Assembly (NCBI GenBank): GCA_013265495.1
Contig: MU058475.1
Coordinates: 434,001 to 498,000, forward strand
Direction of reading: 5' to 3'
Source: Vicugna vicugna
Taxonomy: Eukaryota
DNA: 64,000 nucleotides
The position numbers were made by a program, and so were the translations under genes. This document shows positions 23,144 through 37,009 of the stretch, in pieces. The notes under the pieces are model-generated. The model saw only the letters and a program-made list of their open reading frames with translations, was not told the origin of the DNA and searched no databases. Numbering within the stretch: the first letter of the stretch is position 1; every line of letters starts with the position of its first letter.

Positions 23144-24295
23144 TTTATATCTACGTGAAAAATCTTTAGTGGCTTCCTAGAACCTGTCAGAAAAAGCTAA
23201 GACTTATCCTGGATTCAACACCCAGCACAATCAGACTTTTGCTGTCTCTCCAACCTTTGGCTCCCAGCATCTGTCACATATGGGACGAATCTGAGCTTGA
23301 AACTTGCCAGTTCTCGAAGTCTTCCCGGGCCCTCAGCCCTCAGCCCACGAAGCCTCTCCTTTTCCAGGAGCACAGAAGCTTTTGGTCTGCTCCCTCTCCG
23401 CACATGACATCTTCCTTCCTTGGGGGTCTGGAACACTGTGCCACCCCAGGTCCCCTGCAATGGGGCAGAACAGTGAAGGTCAGTAACTGCGAAAGAAGAG
23501 ATTCCTGGAAAGAGGAGTGAACCCCCGGAAGAACATGTGATTCGATCCCAAGGTGCTGTGCTCAGAGGAGCTTGTGAGCCCCCAGCAGTGTTCAGTACAC
23601 TCCTTTGATTCTGGGCACACCACTTTGTCACTGTATTTCTCACCTGAAACCACCCTGGAGCTTGGAGGCTGTGGGAAATTCTGGGTCCGGGTGTGAGGTC
23701 CCAGAACTCCAGGCAGATAGGGACTTGGGATAAATTCTTATTTGGGGCAGGGGCTCACCAGTCTCTGTCCGCTCCTTCCTTTGCACACATCCTTGCTGCA
23801 TTGCATAGAATGATAGGGATTCTTCTGGTAGAATTATTAGGTAGAGATTATTCTGGTCAACCCCCCATTTCTTATGCATACGAGGAAGCTCTTGGCAGTC
23901 AAAAGAAGTGGGGTCATTGACCCCCTGTCCTTCCCTAGGACATTGTCATCTTGATCATCATCACCATCATTAATGTCACCACTGTCTTTACGAAACTCAC
24001 CAATACAACCTTTCATGGTGCCTAACAAAACCAGGCTCTGAACACTTGGACAATCCTTATCTCCTTTAAGTTCATAATTCAGGGCACACATGGACGTTAG
24101 GACTTGCAGAAGGCAGAGAGCTTAGTAAATAAAGTAAAGTAAAGTAAAATGAGACTAGGACGAGGCATGTCTGTGTGTAGTCAGTCAACAAGCGTTTATT
24201 GAATGTGGACAGATGAATTTGGGGCCATGTTGGAGCACGAAAAAGAAAAATGAAAAAAGGCAGTAAAGAAATCTTACTTTCAAAAATGCATACCA

Positions 24296-24432
24296 AGGGG
24301 AAAGCATAGCTCAGTGGTAGAGTGCATGCCTAACACGCATGAGGTCCTGGGTTCAATCCCCAGCACGGCCATTGAAACTAACTAAATAAGCCTAATTACT
24401 CCCCTCTCAAAAAAAATAAGCAAATAAAATAA
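24296..24432 (+). mobile_element. Vic-1-like SINE
   Basis: A and B boxes, cctaattac tail, TSD aaaaatgcatac / aaaaatacatac. Confidence 0.9.
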
Positions 24433-25399
24433 AAATACATACTGAAATGTAGCATCAAATTGACCACTGCTTTTCAAAATAGTCACCTTAAAACGGATTC
24501 TAGTATAACTGATATTGTTCGAAATGCCTACAAATTGCCCCTCATTAGAACTTTCTCTGAAGCCAAGTTTTTGTCATCTATGTGACTCTAAAACATTAAT
24601 ATCATCTACTTGGGTCACTTATGTTAGGCACCTCAGATGCCCAGAGAACTCAGGGATTTCCAAAAATCAAAGCCGTAATTAAAGGAAGATTCATTACTGT
24701 ATTATTTAGAATGTTTGGGGTGTACGTGACAGAAAAAAAGCAGGCTTTTTTTCCTAAATAACAAATCTGGAGGTAGATGTTGCTGGTATGTATAGTTGTC
24801 ATGATTCCAGGACCAGATTTCCTATGATTATCTTTGCCCTTTCCTTCTGGTGGCAAGAGGTGAGATCTTGCCAAAAGTTCCAAAATGAGGTCCTCTGGTC
24901 ATTCAAAATGTAGAATTCAGATTCGTACCTCGTGTTTTTGTACAAGTTGATTTGCCGGATGATTGGCAATCAGAAGTCAATACATACATGCACACGTACA
25001 GCCTCCTAGATGTTCTGGTAGCACTTCAAGGGTTATTTCCATCAGGTGGTGGTGACATGAGTCACTTCCCTCCTCGGAAGGAGATTGGACTTGCTTGCCA
25101 AGCAAACTAGAATGTGTGTGGCAGTCAGTCAAAGCCCTTCTCCCGTGGACAGAGCTGGAGACACAGGAAGAGAAGGGGAGAGTGGTTACCTTCACTCATT
25201 CCCTAGTTGTTATCGCTGTTGTTGTGTTGGTTTACATTTTAAAAATAACAGGGGACAAATTCCTAGTCAACATGAACAATAGCGTATGGCAGAAGTAATG
25301 GTAAGTAATCCAGTGATATTGGGATATGAACGTGTGGGGCTTCCATCTTGAGTGCTCCCCCAACCCCTCATTCTCTCTCATCTCTCCATGTTTGAACAG

Positions 25400-25691
25400 C
25401 CCCATGGAGAGGTTCTTGAGCCAAGGAACTGAAGCCTCCAGCCAACAGCCGTGACTAAGACCTGGAGCAATGATGCGCGTGAGCTTGGAAGCAGAAAACT
25501 CTCCAGTCCCAACTAAGTCTGGAGACGACTGGAGCCCTGGCCAAACTTGACTTTGACCGCGTGAAAAACCCTGAGCCAACTACCCAACCAGGCCACCCCA
25601 CCAACCATCAGAAACTAAATGAGGTAATAAATGTTTCATGATGCTAAGTTTTGGGGTCATTTGTTACACAGTAATATGTAGCTATAATACA
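25400..25691 (+). mobile_element. MLT1 MaLR LTR fragment
   Basis: aaggaactgaagcctccagccaacagcc...aataaatg...taagttttggggtcatttgttacacag. Confidence 0.8.
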
Positions 25692-26835
25692 ACTAGAAAG
25701 GAGGAAAATCATCATGTAATTACTTTGTTAGAGACAGAAAAAGCATGGGGTAATATTTAGCACATACTTGGTAATTTTTTAAAAACCTTTCAATCAGCTA
25801 GGAGGAGAAGGCAATGTCCTTATCTACTAAAGACAATTCACCACAAAAAAACTAAAAGGTTATCACACTTCGTGGTGAAATGTTAAACCTTTTTCTCTGA
25901 AATTACAAATGAGACAAGGATGCCCACTATTATCATTCTAACTGAACATTTTACCAGCAGTCCTAGCCAGTGAAGTAAGGAAAGAAAAAGAAATAAGAGA
26001 AATAAAATGGATGGAGGAAAATTAAAGTGTCATTATTTGCCTGTGACATGACTGTGTTCATAGAAAATCCAAAAGAATTTACAAATAAACTACTAGAATT
26101 AATCAGTGAATTTAGCAAGGTCTCTGGATGCAATGTTGATAAAAATCAAGTGGATTTCTTTATGTCAGTAACAAGTAGGAAAAGAAATTTAAAATAAGAC
26201 CACTTAACAACAGCATTTAAAAATCAAATACCTAAGAATAAATCTAACAAAAGATGTGTAAGGCCCCTCCACACAGTGAATTATAAAGCATTATTGAAAG
26301 AATTGAAAGAAGACAATTCCACACACATAGATCATGTCCGTGGATTGGAAGGTAGGTGTTGATTCGTCTCAAATGTATACTTTCAACACAACTGCGATTA
26401 AAATCCCAGCAGGCATTTTTGAGAGACTTGATAAGTTGATGATAATAAAATGTATGTTGAAATGCAAAGGGTTAATAATAGGCAAGACAACCTTAAAGGA
26501 AGAACAAAGGTGGAAAACTTGACCACCAGAAATGGGCTTATTATAAAGCTGCACTAATTAGGATCATGTGTTAACAGTGAAAGGACAAATGGACTAATGG
26601 AACAGAGTAGAGTACACAGAGAGACTCACATCTATATCGGTGCTTGATTTATACAAAGGTAATACTACAGAACAGTGTAGAAAGAACAGTCTCTTCAATG
26701 AATGGTTTTAGAGCAACTGATTACTCACAGGGAAATAGGTGACAAGTAACCCTTATCTCAAATGACACACAAAAATCAATTCCCGGTGAGTTTTAGGTAT
26801 GAATGTGAAAGATGAAACAATAAATCTTCGAGAAC

Positions 26836-27142
26836 AGCATTGCCCGATAGAAATATAACGCAAGCCACATATATAATGACTTAAATGTTAAATATTCTAG
26901 TAGCCACATTTAAAAAGTAATAATAAACATGAAATCAATTTTAATTATGTATTTTATTTAACTTTCTGTGTCTGAAATAGTATTATTTCAACATATAACC
27001 AAAATAGAAATAACTAAAGAAAGATTTTGCATTATTTCGCTCATACTGTCTTTGAAATCTAGTGTATATTTTATACCTGCAATCCATCTTAATTTGCACT
27101 AGCCATATTTCAAATGCTCGAGAGCCGCATTGGACAATACAG
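26836..27142. mobile_element. MER33/MER3-like hAT-Charlie MITE
   Basis: cagcattgcccgatagaaatataacgcaagccacata...ctagccatatttcaaatgctc...attggacaatacag. Confidence 0.8.
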
Positions 27143-27304
27143 TTTCTAGACTCTAATTTGAATAATATCTTCCTGATATATCAGTAGGCAGATATTTCTT
27201 AAACAAGACATCCACACAAGGTTTAAACATAAATGGGACTGGCTTAAAATGAAAAGGGAGGCTAATGTATCAATTTGCATTTTGAGCACAGTGTAAGGAA
27301 TCCT

Positions 27305-27706
27305 TAGTAGTTAAGCTGGGCTGCTTAAAAAATTCCTTAGACTGCGTGGCTTTAACAACAAACATTTATTTAGCACAGTTCTAGAAGCTGGGAAATCCAG
27401 GACCCAGGTGCTGGCAGATTCCATGTCTGGCGAGAACTTTCTTCCTGGTTTGAGGACAGCTGCCTTCTTTCTGCTTCCTCATGTGGGAGAGAGAGGGGTG
27501 TGGGGAGAGGGAGAGGGAGAGAGAGAGCTCTCTGGCAGATAATGAGATAATGGGGCTAATTCCATCATGAGGACTCCACCCTCATGACCACATCTCAACC
27601 AAATCACCTCCCCAAAACCTCACCTCCAAATACCGTTACACTGGGGGTTATGGTTTCAACATGTGACTTGGAGGGGAGGAGGCATATTCAAACATTCAGT
27701 CCTCAA
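27305..27706 (-). mobile_element. MLT1A-like MaLR LTR
   Basis: aacaacaaacatttatttagcacagttctagaagctgggaaatcc...ccaccctcatgacc...aaacattcagtcc. Confidence 0.85.
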
Positions 27707-28770
27707 TGAAGATCCACGGACTTGGAAGTGAGTGAGAAGTGAGTGTGACAATGTTCTTCCTGTTCCTGTAATTGGGATCTCAGGTATAAAAACAAAGCTA
27801 AGTGAGAAAATGTCCTACGGTACCCATAGCGTTATTCATAATGGTAAAAAACTGGAAATAACCCAGATGTCCACCGACAGCCGAGGCGGGGAATCAATTG
27901 CTGTGGGTTCAGAAAGAACGCTGTGGCCACGAGCAGCAACACGCGTGAATCTCTCAAGTGCGTGTTAAGCAAAAGGAGTTAGACACAGGGGCGTTTACAC
28001 AGCATGATTCTTTTTGCATAAACTTCAAAGCACAGGCAGAACTAATGTGCTGTGTGAGAGGGACGGGTAGTGACTATTTCTGGAGAGAAGGGAGGGGCTG
28101 GTGATTGGAAGGGGCACATGGAGCAGCCAACGTTCTCGTCCTCACTGTGGGCGCTGGTTACAGGGGTGCGTTCGCATTGTGATAAATCACTGAGCTGTAC
28201 TCTAAGGATCTGTGTGCATTTTCCTAAGTGCCTGTTTATTAAAAAATCATTCGTATCTAGACTTGTCCTCGGAGTATCTCCTTAAAAACACGGCCTGATT
28301 TACCTAAAGTCAGGAACCAGCAGTGCTCCTCTGAATGAGCCAAGGGAATACTAACATTTGGAACTTGTTAAACCAAAATAATGCCCATTGGTGACTGCCG
28401 CGGCCCCTACAGCCTTAGAGTGAGCCAGTCTGTCAACAAATATTTATTAAATACACCCCATTCTCTTGAACTTTGGGTCCAGTGGTCAGACAGCAATTTA
28501 GCCAAGCAGCTGTGGAAAGAGATTTCAGCTGCTGAAGTCAAACAAGAAGCTCTAAGCCTCTCCCTGAAATCCCATCAGGGATGTTCTCTACCTGCCCCTC
28601 TACCTTGAAATGCACTCTTTTCCCCCCACAACAGAATTCAATTATTTATCAGGAGAAACTGTTCCTTAACCCAGATATGCATGGTTCATAGTTTCATAGT
28701 TCAGGAATGCAGGTAAGTGACAAATTTCCATGGAACTCAACCCAAAGAAATTCTTTACATTCCAAGATCA

Positions 28771-28944
<174 letters not shown>

Positions 28945-29149
28945 TCACTTCTGAGGTTTCGTCAAAGCACTGGAAGGCATGGTAGTTACTCTCCTTGACA
29001 GGTCAGCACTGTCCTTCCAGACTGATGGGGAAATGGACTGAAATGCACTCTGAAGTAATGGAGAAAGTCTGCGAAAAAGAAGTACTGGAGCAAAACATTT
29101 GGAGAAGAGGTAGGAGGTTAGAGAAGAAATCGTGTAAGATGCCAGACAG

Positions 29150-31470
29150 TAAAGACAAGTCATTTATAAAGTTAAGAGTTTCAGATTGGCAGCAGATTCC
29201 TTACTTTGCCTGGAGAATAGAATCTGGTAGTTTAACACCTGTGGACTATGAAGAGAAAACTTGCAACCCCAGAACCCTCTTCTCAGCCGAGATACTGTTC
29301 TCTGGTCAATGTGCAAGAAATATACTTGAGAATGTGCAAGAATTTGGAGTATATTTCACCCACACATCTCAGGCTGCCATCTACGCAATAAGAAGTACCT
29401 GAGAGTCTTAGCCAACTAAAAATGGAAACAAACACTTCTCAGCCTTTTGGCTAAGATCAAGTGTGGTGTTTGTTCTTATCAGTTTAATATCTGATATGTC
29501 CTCTATCCGAGGACAATATATTAAATGGATTTTTGGAACTACTGGCGGAATAGGAGCTTGCTCCATCCACTCCACTCATTGATCTGGTATTGCAGTGTGT
29601 TCAGGAATGGTGCACCCTCTTCAGGGGAATTAGCTGTTGTGGGAAGAAAAAAAGAAAACTGAATCAAAACCAAGACCTCAGTTTTGGAAATACAAAGGCA
29701 AAAGTAAACAAGATATGCCCAGCTGTGTCTTTTCTCATTTGGCCATAATAGAATCCTTAAATTAAAAAAAGAAGAAGTCGAAGTTTTACAAGCTATATTA
29801 TCAAGTCACAAGTCAATACAGCTAGAAAAAAGTAAGGATAAGAAAGACATAAAAATTCTTAACCATTATAAAATTAAGAACACACTTATGGATCAAACAG
29901 GAAATCAAAAATCTAGAAAGCAATGTAAAAGAGTACACTTTCTGTCAAAATGTATGTGTATAGCAAAAGTTATTTATAAATTTAATTGCTGTCTTTTTTT
30001 TAAAGAAAAATAAATCTGAAAAGGATGTTGTGCTTGTCTATAAAAAGGAGAAAAAAGTATAGTCAAATAATCCAAAACAGCAAGAAGCAATTAAACAGAA
30101 AATAAAAAATTTTTGAAAGGATAAATAGTTCCCAAAGCTGGTCTTTGCAAAGACCAGTTACCATGGTAGAGATGGGAAAATTAAATAAAAATCTACCTCT
30201 AAAAAAGTTAATGGAAACAAATAACTTTAGAGCTTTGTTCTAGCCAACCCATAAAGAACAGATAATTCCAATAAGTTACATTATTCCAAGCTATAGAAAA
30301 GATGAAAGTTCTCTAATTGATTTTGTACAGTTAATACAGAAACCTAATATAGTACAGAAGGAAAAACTTACAGCCTAATCTCATTCTGAATATAAAAACA
30401 AAAATGTTGATATAATATTGACAAATAAAATACAGCAATACATCAAAAGAAATACACTATGACCAAGTAAAGTTTTTTCAAGAAATGCAGGCATGGTTCA
30501 AATCTCAGGAAATCTATACATAAAATTGACTGCAGCAACAGATTAAAAGAGAAAGTCCATGATCTTATCAATAGATGTTGAAAAGCCACTTAATAAAGCT
30601 CAGCAGCCATTTTTCAAAAGAATTATAAACAAGATAAGAATAAAAATCAATTAAAATGTGTTACAGGCTGTTTACAGTTTCATTAGCCAATAACATCTTA
30701 AACAGCAAATCACTAAAACCATCAGAAACCAGACAAGGATGCCAGCTCTGTCATTTTTCTTGAATAGTGTCTTGGAGGTTTTAGCAAATGCAATTAGTCA
30801 AGAAAATAAAACAATTGGCACAAATATGAAGTAAATAAAAATTAAATTTTCTTTTGCTGATGACATAATTTTTTTACCTAGGAAAGGAATTTAGCAAAGC
30901 AATTAGATATAAGAAAAATACACAGAAAAGAATCAATAGCTTCTATGCTGCTTTTCATACAGAAAAAGACATGATAAAAAATACTCTGTTTATAATGATG
31001 GCAAAAGCTACCAGTGTAAATTTCATGGAAATAAAATGGTGAAAGGGTGGTGCCTATATAAAAAAACACTTAAATGTATTTGAAAGATATAAAATGAATT
31101 CTGAATAAAGGAGAAGGTATGTCTTTGCAGATGGAAAGATCTAACATCGTTAACACTTAATCCCCCCCCCAATTTTTATATAAAGTTAACATAATTTCAA
31201 TTGAAATGTTGACATAATTTTCTTCACTCTGAAATTGGATAAAATTATCTCACATTTCATTTGGAAGAATAAATAGGTGAAAGTAACCAAGATGACATTT
31301 GGGAGAAAAACGTGAGGCTTTGTTTTTACAACTATCCAAACATAGTTAAAAGTTGACTGTACACAAACCAATATTAATTGGCATACGAATAAGCAAATAG
31401 ATCCATTAGACAGAAAAAAAAGGGTCCAGAAATAGATTTTCATTTCAAATGGAATTTCATATATGACAGA
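29150..31470 (+). mobile_element. Very old L1 remnants (ORF1 end and ORF2)
   Basis: KTCNPRTLFSAEILF resembles L1 ORF1 PRILYPAKLSF; aatgcaggcatggttcaa, tcaatagatgttgaaaaagc and agacaaggatgcc are ORF2 motifs. Confidence 0.7.
29431..29628 (+). pseudogene. RNU2: U2 snRNA retropseudogene, near full length with short 3' extension
   Basis: cttctcagccttttggctaagatcaagtgt...tcagtttaatatctgat...gaggacaatatattaaatggatttttgg...ctggtattgcagt...ggtgcaccc; branch-recognition GTAGTA mutated to GTGGTG; followed by an A-rich tract. Confidence 0.95.
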
Positions 31471-31692
31471 GTTGGTATGCCAATGAGCATGGAGTTTCTT
31501 TATAATACTCTCAAGTTGTTAACATGAGTTATCATTCAAGGGGCTGAGAGCGGGGGGAGTACATCATGAAGCTGAAGGCAGAAGAAGAGTAGGGAGGGGT
31601 GGGTGAGACATGCGTATCCAACAGCAATAATCATAATAGCTCATACTTATATAGATAGCTCTCTCCAGGTGTCAGACACTCTTCCATAGATG

Positions 31693-32178
31693 TAGACATC
31701 ATCCTTGACTTACGAGCGGGTTACGCCCTGATAAATGCATAATAAGTTGAAAATATCCAAAGTTGAACATGCATTTCATACACTTAACCTAGCGAACATC
31801 ACAGCCTATCTTAAACATGCTTAGAACAATGACACTAGTCTACAGTTGGGCAAAATCACCTAACATAAAACCCATTGTATAATAAAGTTGAATAGCTCAT
31901 GTGATTTATTGAATACTGTACTGAAGGTGAAAAATAGACTGGTTGTCTGGGTACACAATGGTTGTAAGTGTACCCGTTGTTTCTTCCATGATGGCGGAGC
32001 TGACGGGGAGCTGCGGTTCACTGCCTAGCCTCACCAGAGATGGTCCACATATCACTCTTTGGGAAAAGACCAAAACTCAAAATTCGACTTACAGTTTCTA
32101 CTGAATGTGTATTGCTTTTACACTACCGTAAAATCAAAAAATCATAAGTCAAACCGTCATAAGTTTAGTACCATCTGT
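31693..32178. mobile_element. Tigger5/MER47-like DNA transposon
   Basis: ccttgacttacga...ctacagttgggcaaaatca...tactgtactgaaggtgaaaaa...cataagtcaaaccgtcataagt...ccatctg. Confidence 0.85.
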
Positions 32179-32369
32179 ATATAAATTCTATACATATGTA
32201 TAAACACACATATGTATGTATCCATATTCCAAATATATATATACACATATACATGTATATATTCTACCTCTATATATACACAATTACATATATTCTATCT
32301 CTCTAAATAATGTACATATATATGTATATCTATATATATATATATATTCTTATAACAAACCAACATGGT

Positions 32370-32510
32370 AGATACTATTAGATTCCATTACTGACCCATT
32401 TTACCAGATGCCAAAACTAAGGCACAGAAAGGAAAGCTGTCCAAGTTCACACGGTGCTAGAGTCAGGACGCAAACCTGGCAATCTGGCTCCAGAGTCTGG
32501 GCTCTGAACT
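32370..32510 (-). mobile_element. MIR fragment
   Basis: cccattttaccagatgccaaaactaaggcacaga...ccaagttcacac...tctggctccagag. Confidence 0.75.
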
Positions 32511-34035
32511 ACTCACACACTGCGTCCTGAAAAGGAGAGACTGTCTGAAGGACAAAAAGAATGGTGAGACCTCCCTCACCAGGCATGACTCTGACACAAG
32601 CATCTCCCTCGGTCCCGCTCCCTAGGCACCTTGCTTGCGAAGGAGAGGATGTGTAAAGTGGTTTCTTTGGAGAGAGCTGCTGCCTTTCTGTGAGTCCCAG
32701 CTCCCTTTTCAAGGGGAGGTCACTGAGAGTGTCACTTGCTCCCCTCACCTAGAGAGAGTCAACTTTCAACAGAGACTCGGGGACCTGCTCACCTGCCCCC
32801 CAGAAATGGAGAAGCACCTGGAGCGCCCCCAACACACACTCACACTGGCCGGCTGCGTGGCACGGCGGTAGGGAACACGGCTCCCATCGCACCTTCTGTG
32901 TGCGATGGCCCTCCCCTGCGTGAGAAGTCCCTGGGTCCCCCAGGACAGGGGCGAGGGTGCAAGAAGTCCAGGGACCAGATGTGGGGCCTACAAGAGAAAT
33001 AGTGCCTGGAATTATTAAAAAGAAACCCTGTCCATGAGGGTATTTCCAAAGTGAGTGACCCCTTTTGCAGAGTCTGCGAGGACAGATGGCTAGCAAGCCT
33101 ACAGCAGCCAGCCTGGGAGCAGGGAGGCCTCCCAGCATCCCAGCAGGACACCCTAGGGAGCATGAGGTTATTGAAACATCCACCAGCATAAGAGCGCTTG
33201 TAGCTGTTTGGCAACAGCACCAGCCCAGGCAGAAGCTCCGCCTTCTTTCTCCTCCTGCTTCCACCCTAGAAGCAGGAGGGGGGAGTGAGTAGAAATCTGA
33301 ACTTTGAATGTACAATGCGCGGCTCCCTGAAGATGTACATTCATGCACACACTGTATGAACAAGGAGGGAATGTGGGATAGTACAGGCTGGGCTGGTAAG
33401 ACTGGTAACCTTTGCGGGAGGGAGGGGGCGGGGGAGGAAGCAAGAGAGCAAGAGAGAGCAGGATGCTGAGGTATGGGTAGGGGTGGAGAGCAAGGGGGTG
33501 GGATGGGGCTGAGCACTCCAGCAGGCGCATCAAAACCCCTTCACAGTTTCGCCCAGGGCCTGACCTGTCAGTATTTACAGAACTGCTGGCCGCCCTGAAG
33601 GCTTGTGGAGTAGCCAGGAGCCCTGAGATTTGCCCTACGTTTCTTGGTCTCTACTGTCAGCCGCAGCCCTTGACCAGGACTCTGGAGCCCTGGAGGGTTC
33701 GGCCCCTACTGGGTGGGCTGAACATGCCAGGACATGGCTACCCTGGACACCCAGTCTTCCTGTCTGGGTAGCTGAGCAGGACCCTATTGTCATCAGTGAC
33801 CAAGTGACATCTGTAATGGTGTTTGTAACTGCTTAACTGTCTAATGGTTTAAAGGGTTTTTCTCATGCTCTTGTTGACCAGGGTTGGGCTGGAGAGAAGA
33901 GAGGCTTGGGTGATCTGCCCAACCCCCTCATGGTGCTGTGTGCAGGGATCATGCTCAGTGCCCTCTTCTTGATCCCAGTGCCCTGCTCTTGACCCAGGTG
34001 CTCTCCTTTTGACCCCTTGTGGTTTCCTTGTATCC

Positions 34036-34535
34036 TGTTGTTCAAGCTGCAGGTATCAGCCTACAGCAGGAGGTCCCAGGCCTCAGACTGCTTAAAAGGC
34101 TAAAAGCATTTAACAATCTGACTTTCAACTGCCCAAGTTTTTCTCTAGAGCTCTTTTCCATCAAGCCACTTCCTCTACATCCTTTGTTCTACATACAAGA
34201 ATAATAAGAGAGTACCAAATCCAGAGGTGAACTTCACATCCAGCAGTGGGAAGGGAACCACTGCATCTGCAAAAACAGGAACAACTTTGTAATAATTTGT
34301 TACCCTGTATGCGATTTCTATGGAAACTAGCTCCACACCCCACCTTGAACTCTTGAACTTTTACTATAAAATCCCCTGTCTTCTCTTCCCAGTAAGCTCA
34401 AGGTCTTAGAGGCATTACCCACTGTGACTTCCTTTGCCTGGAAAAGAAATAAAGCTGCGTTTTCTACTTCGTCCAAAACTGTGTCCTCGAGTCTCAATTT
34501 GGTAAGCAGGCGATGGAAGCCATGTTTTAGCAATG
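34036..34535 (+). mobile_element. Solo ERV LTR (5' boundary uncertain)
   Basis: TATAAAA near 34365, AATAAA near 34448, U5-like end aaaactgtgtcctcgagtctcaatttgg...ttttagcaa. Confidence 0.7.
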
Positions 34536-35799
34536 TCTGGGTTGCCTAGCTGACCAGCACCCTGATAAGGGAGGGCAGGGAAGGCCTTATCTAAATGTCC
34601 TCTATACCAGTCAGCACCTTGATTCTATCACAGCCAGTAGTTTCCATGTTTTATTAAAATGTTATGTTTTATGTCTGCTGCTTAGAAACAGAAAATAAGT
34701 CCCTTAAGCAAGGGACAATTCATACTCATCTCTGTATATTCAAGAGTTGGCTCGTGGGTGCTAATAAATGTTGTTTGTACTGAAATACAAACATACAGGC
34801 TCCTTGTTGGAAGATTCTGAACTAACTCAGTGACAGACAATGGTGGGAACCCTCGTTCATAACTGAACTTTATAGGATGAACAGCGAGAACATAGTGCTC
34901 TGCTCTGCCATGACGTCAGAGTACCCCAAGGCCGTGCGGGTATCTGCCTGATGCCCATCTGACTTATTTTGGATTGTCTCTCTCCTCCACTGGAACACAA
35001 GTTCAAGAACATCATCTAATTTGTCTCCTGTTGACACCAGTACCCAGATTGGTGCACAATAGGACTGGATGAGTGAACAAACAAATGGATGAATTTTTTT
35101 TTCAGATGAAGGTTCATTCATTGCTGGCCCTGACTATTGGAGCCTGTGTTCTGTGCTGGGGATTCAGAGAAAGACCAGATGCAGCCCTTAGCCTCAAGGA
35201 CGCCACCCTTTGGGGTGCAGGGAGAAAGCGTGGGGACAAATAGGTAAACAAACAATTACAGAGGGCAATGGCACCTTACAGCAGTGGAGGTTTTGAGAAG
35301 GGGAGGTGAACATGTTTGCCTCCAGGGTGACAGGGTAGGAGAGGGTTCAGGTGGGAGTCGGCTATCTGGTGGCTGTCAGTCCTTTCCTACTCCTCCTAGT
35401 TCTCTGTCCAGAGCCAGGCAGCCTTGAGGGCCTGCCCTACACAGAGGGGGCAGCCCTGGGCTGTGACTTAAAGGGATTACACATTCCAAAGCATCTCACC
35501 TCTGGTCATGTGGTCACAGGTCCCTGCCCTATTTCCCATTCCTGTGGTCAAGACAGGGAGAACCCTAATGGAATAGTAATTCACCTCAACTAGGCATCTA
35601 GAATGTAGTCAAATTCTGCAAGATTAGAAACCCAAACCAATGAAAATATTGATACTTTCTGAGAAAACTGCTAAGGAGCAATGTTAGGACTCTCCGATCC
35701 AGAGTTGTCTGATTCTTTTTTATATATAATGCATAAAATATAATACCTATTTCAGATTTTATGTCAGAAATTAAGCAAATCACAAGAAAAGGAGATAAT

Positions 35800-36780
35800 G
35801 TTTATGGAGTACTGAAAAGAAAAAAAGTCAAACAGAATTCTCTACCCAGAAAAAAAATCTATAAACAAAATCTGTGAGAATTCCTTGCCAGTAGACCGGC
35901 ACTACAAGAAACATAAAAGGTAGTGCTTCAAGTAGAAAAAGTCTATGCCACGTTAAAATTTGGATCAATACAAGAGAGGGCAGGAGGGGTGCATTAATAA
36001 GTGTGCTAACTGAAAAATGTTCAACAGTCTACGGCCATACCACCCTGAACGTGCTTGATCTTGTCTGAAAAATGTTCAACGTCGTTAATCATCAGGGAAG
36101 TGATCATTAAAACCAAAATGAGATATGACTACACACCCACTGAACGTGAAGAGAGCGGCCTCACCCAGTGTTAGTGATAACGCAGAGCAACTCGAATCCC
36201 TGTACAACACCAGCACAGTGAACCTGGGGTAACTGTTTTGTTGTTTCTTTAAACGTTAACATATATTTACCATATGACCCAGCATTTCCACTCACCTAAG
36301 AGAATGAAAATACACATCCACACAAATAGTTGTACATAAACGTCTCACTCATAAGAGCCAAAAACTTCAACAACAGGTGAAGGGAGATTGTCCTCTATCC
36401 ATACCATAATATACCATTCAGCAATAAAACAGAAGGAACCACTGGTGTCTGCAACAACTTGTATGAATCTCAGAACATACTGAGCAGAAGAAGCCAGACC
36501 CAAAAGACTTCCTACCGTATGATTCCTTTGATATGAAATTCTCAAAAAGACAACAGTAACCCACAGAGACAGAAGGCAGATAGTGGTTCCTGGGAACAGA
36601 GGTATTAGTGGATTGCTTGTCAAAAAGCATAAGGGAAATTTCTGAGTGACAGAAGTATGTACTATGTTGACTGTCGCGGTGGTTACAGCAATGTACAAAT
36701 TTACAGAAACTCATCTAACTTTATAAAATGGGTGCATTTGATTATATTGAAATTGTACCTCAGTAAGGTGTTCTTAAAAT
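35800..36780 (+). mobile_element. Old L1 fragments (ORF1 end, then ORF2 end and 3'UTR)
   Basis: agaattctctacccag, ccagtagaccggcactacaagaa, taccatatgacccagcatttccactc. Confidence 0.8.
36027..36068 (+). pseudogene. RNA5S: 5S rRNA 5' fragment (nt 1-42), tailless retropseudogene
   Basis: gtctacggccataccaccctgaacgtgcttgatcttgtctga matches the 5S 5' end with C>T changes; flanked by the direct repeat ctgaaaaatgttcaac (36010-36025 / 36065-36080). Confidence 0.92.
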
Positions 36781-37009
36781 CCTCGTATTCTCTCTTTAGT
36801 AATGTTGACGGAGGGAAAGAAATTATATGTGTGTTTTCAATCTACTATCTTAAGTAACAATTTTTTGGTAATTTTTTAAGCATCCCTATAGGGCTTGGCT
36901 ACATATTGGGTATTTGAGTACTTATATAACAGTTAATATTTTTATATTACTTCATAATTTATAAGGAATTTCACATGTATCTCATCTTATCTTCAAAAAT
37001 GTCTTGAGA

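Larger units (their letters stand above)
25700..28250 (+). mobile_element. Fragmented old L1 (ORF2 and 3'UTR) with nested MER33-like and MLT1A-like elements
   Basis: gagacaaggatgcccact, tagaaaatccaaaagaat; ORF 26334..26522 (FNTTAIKIPAGIF); 3'UTR aactggaaataacccagatgtcc. Confidence 0.8.

Noticed and set aside
29431..29617. Functional U2 snRNA gene
   Set aside because: Branch-site pairing GTAGTA is mutated, many transitions are present, and the copy sits in an old L1 without an evident PSE/DSE
32749..33516. 255-aa minus-strand ORF
   Set aside because: Low-complexity P/S/L composition arising from the G-rich plus strand; no domain or splice support
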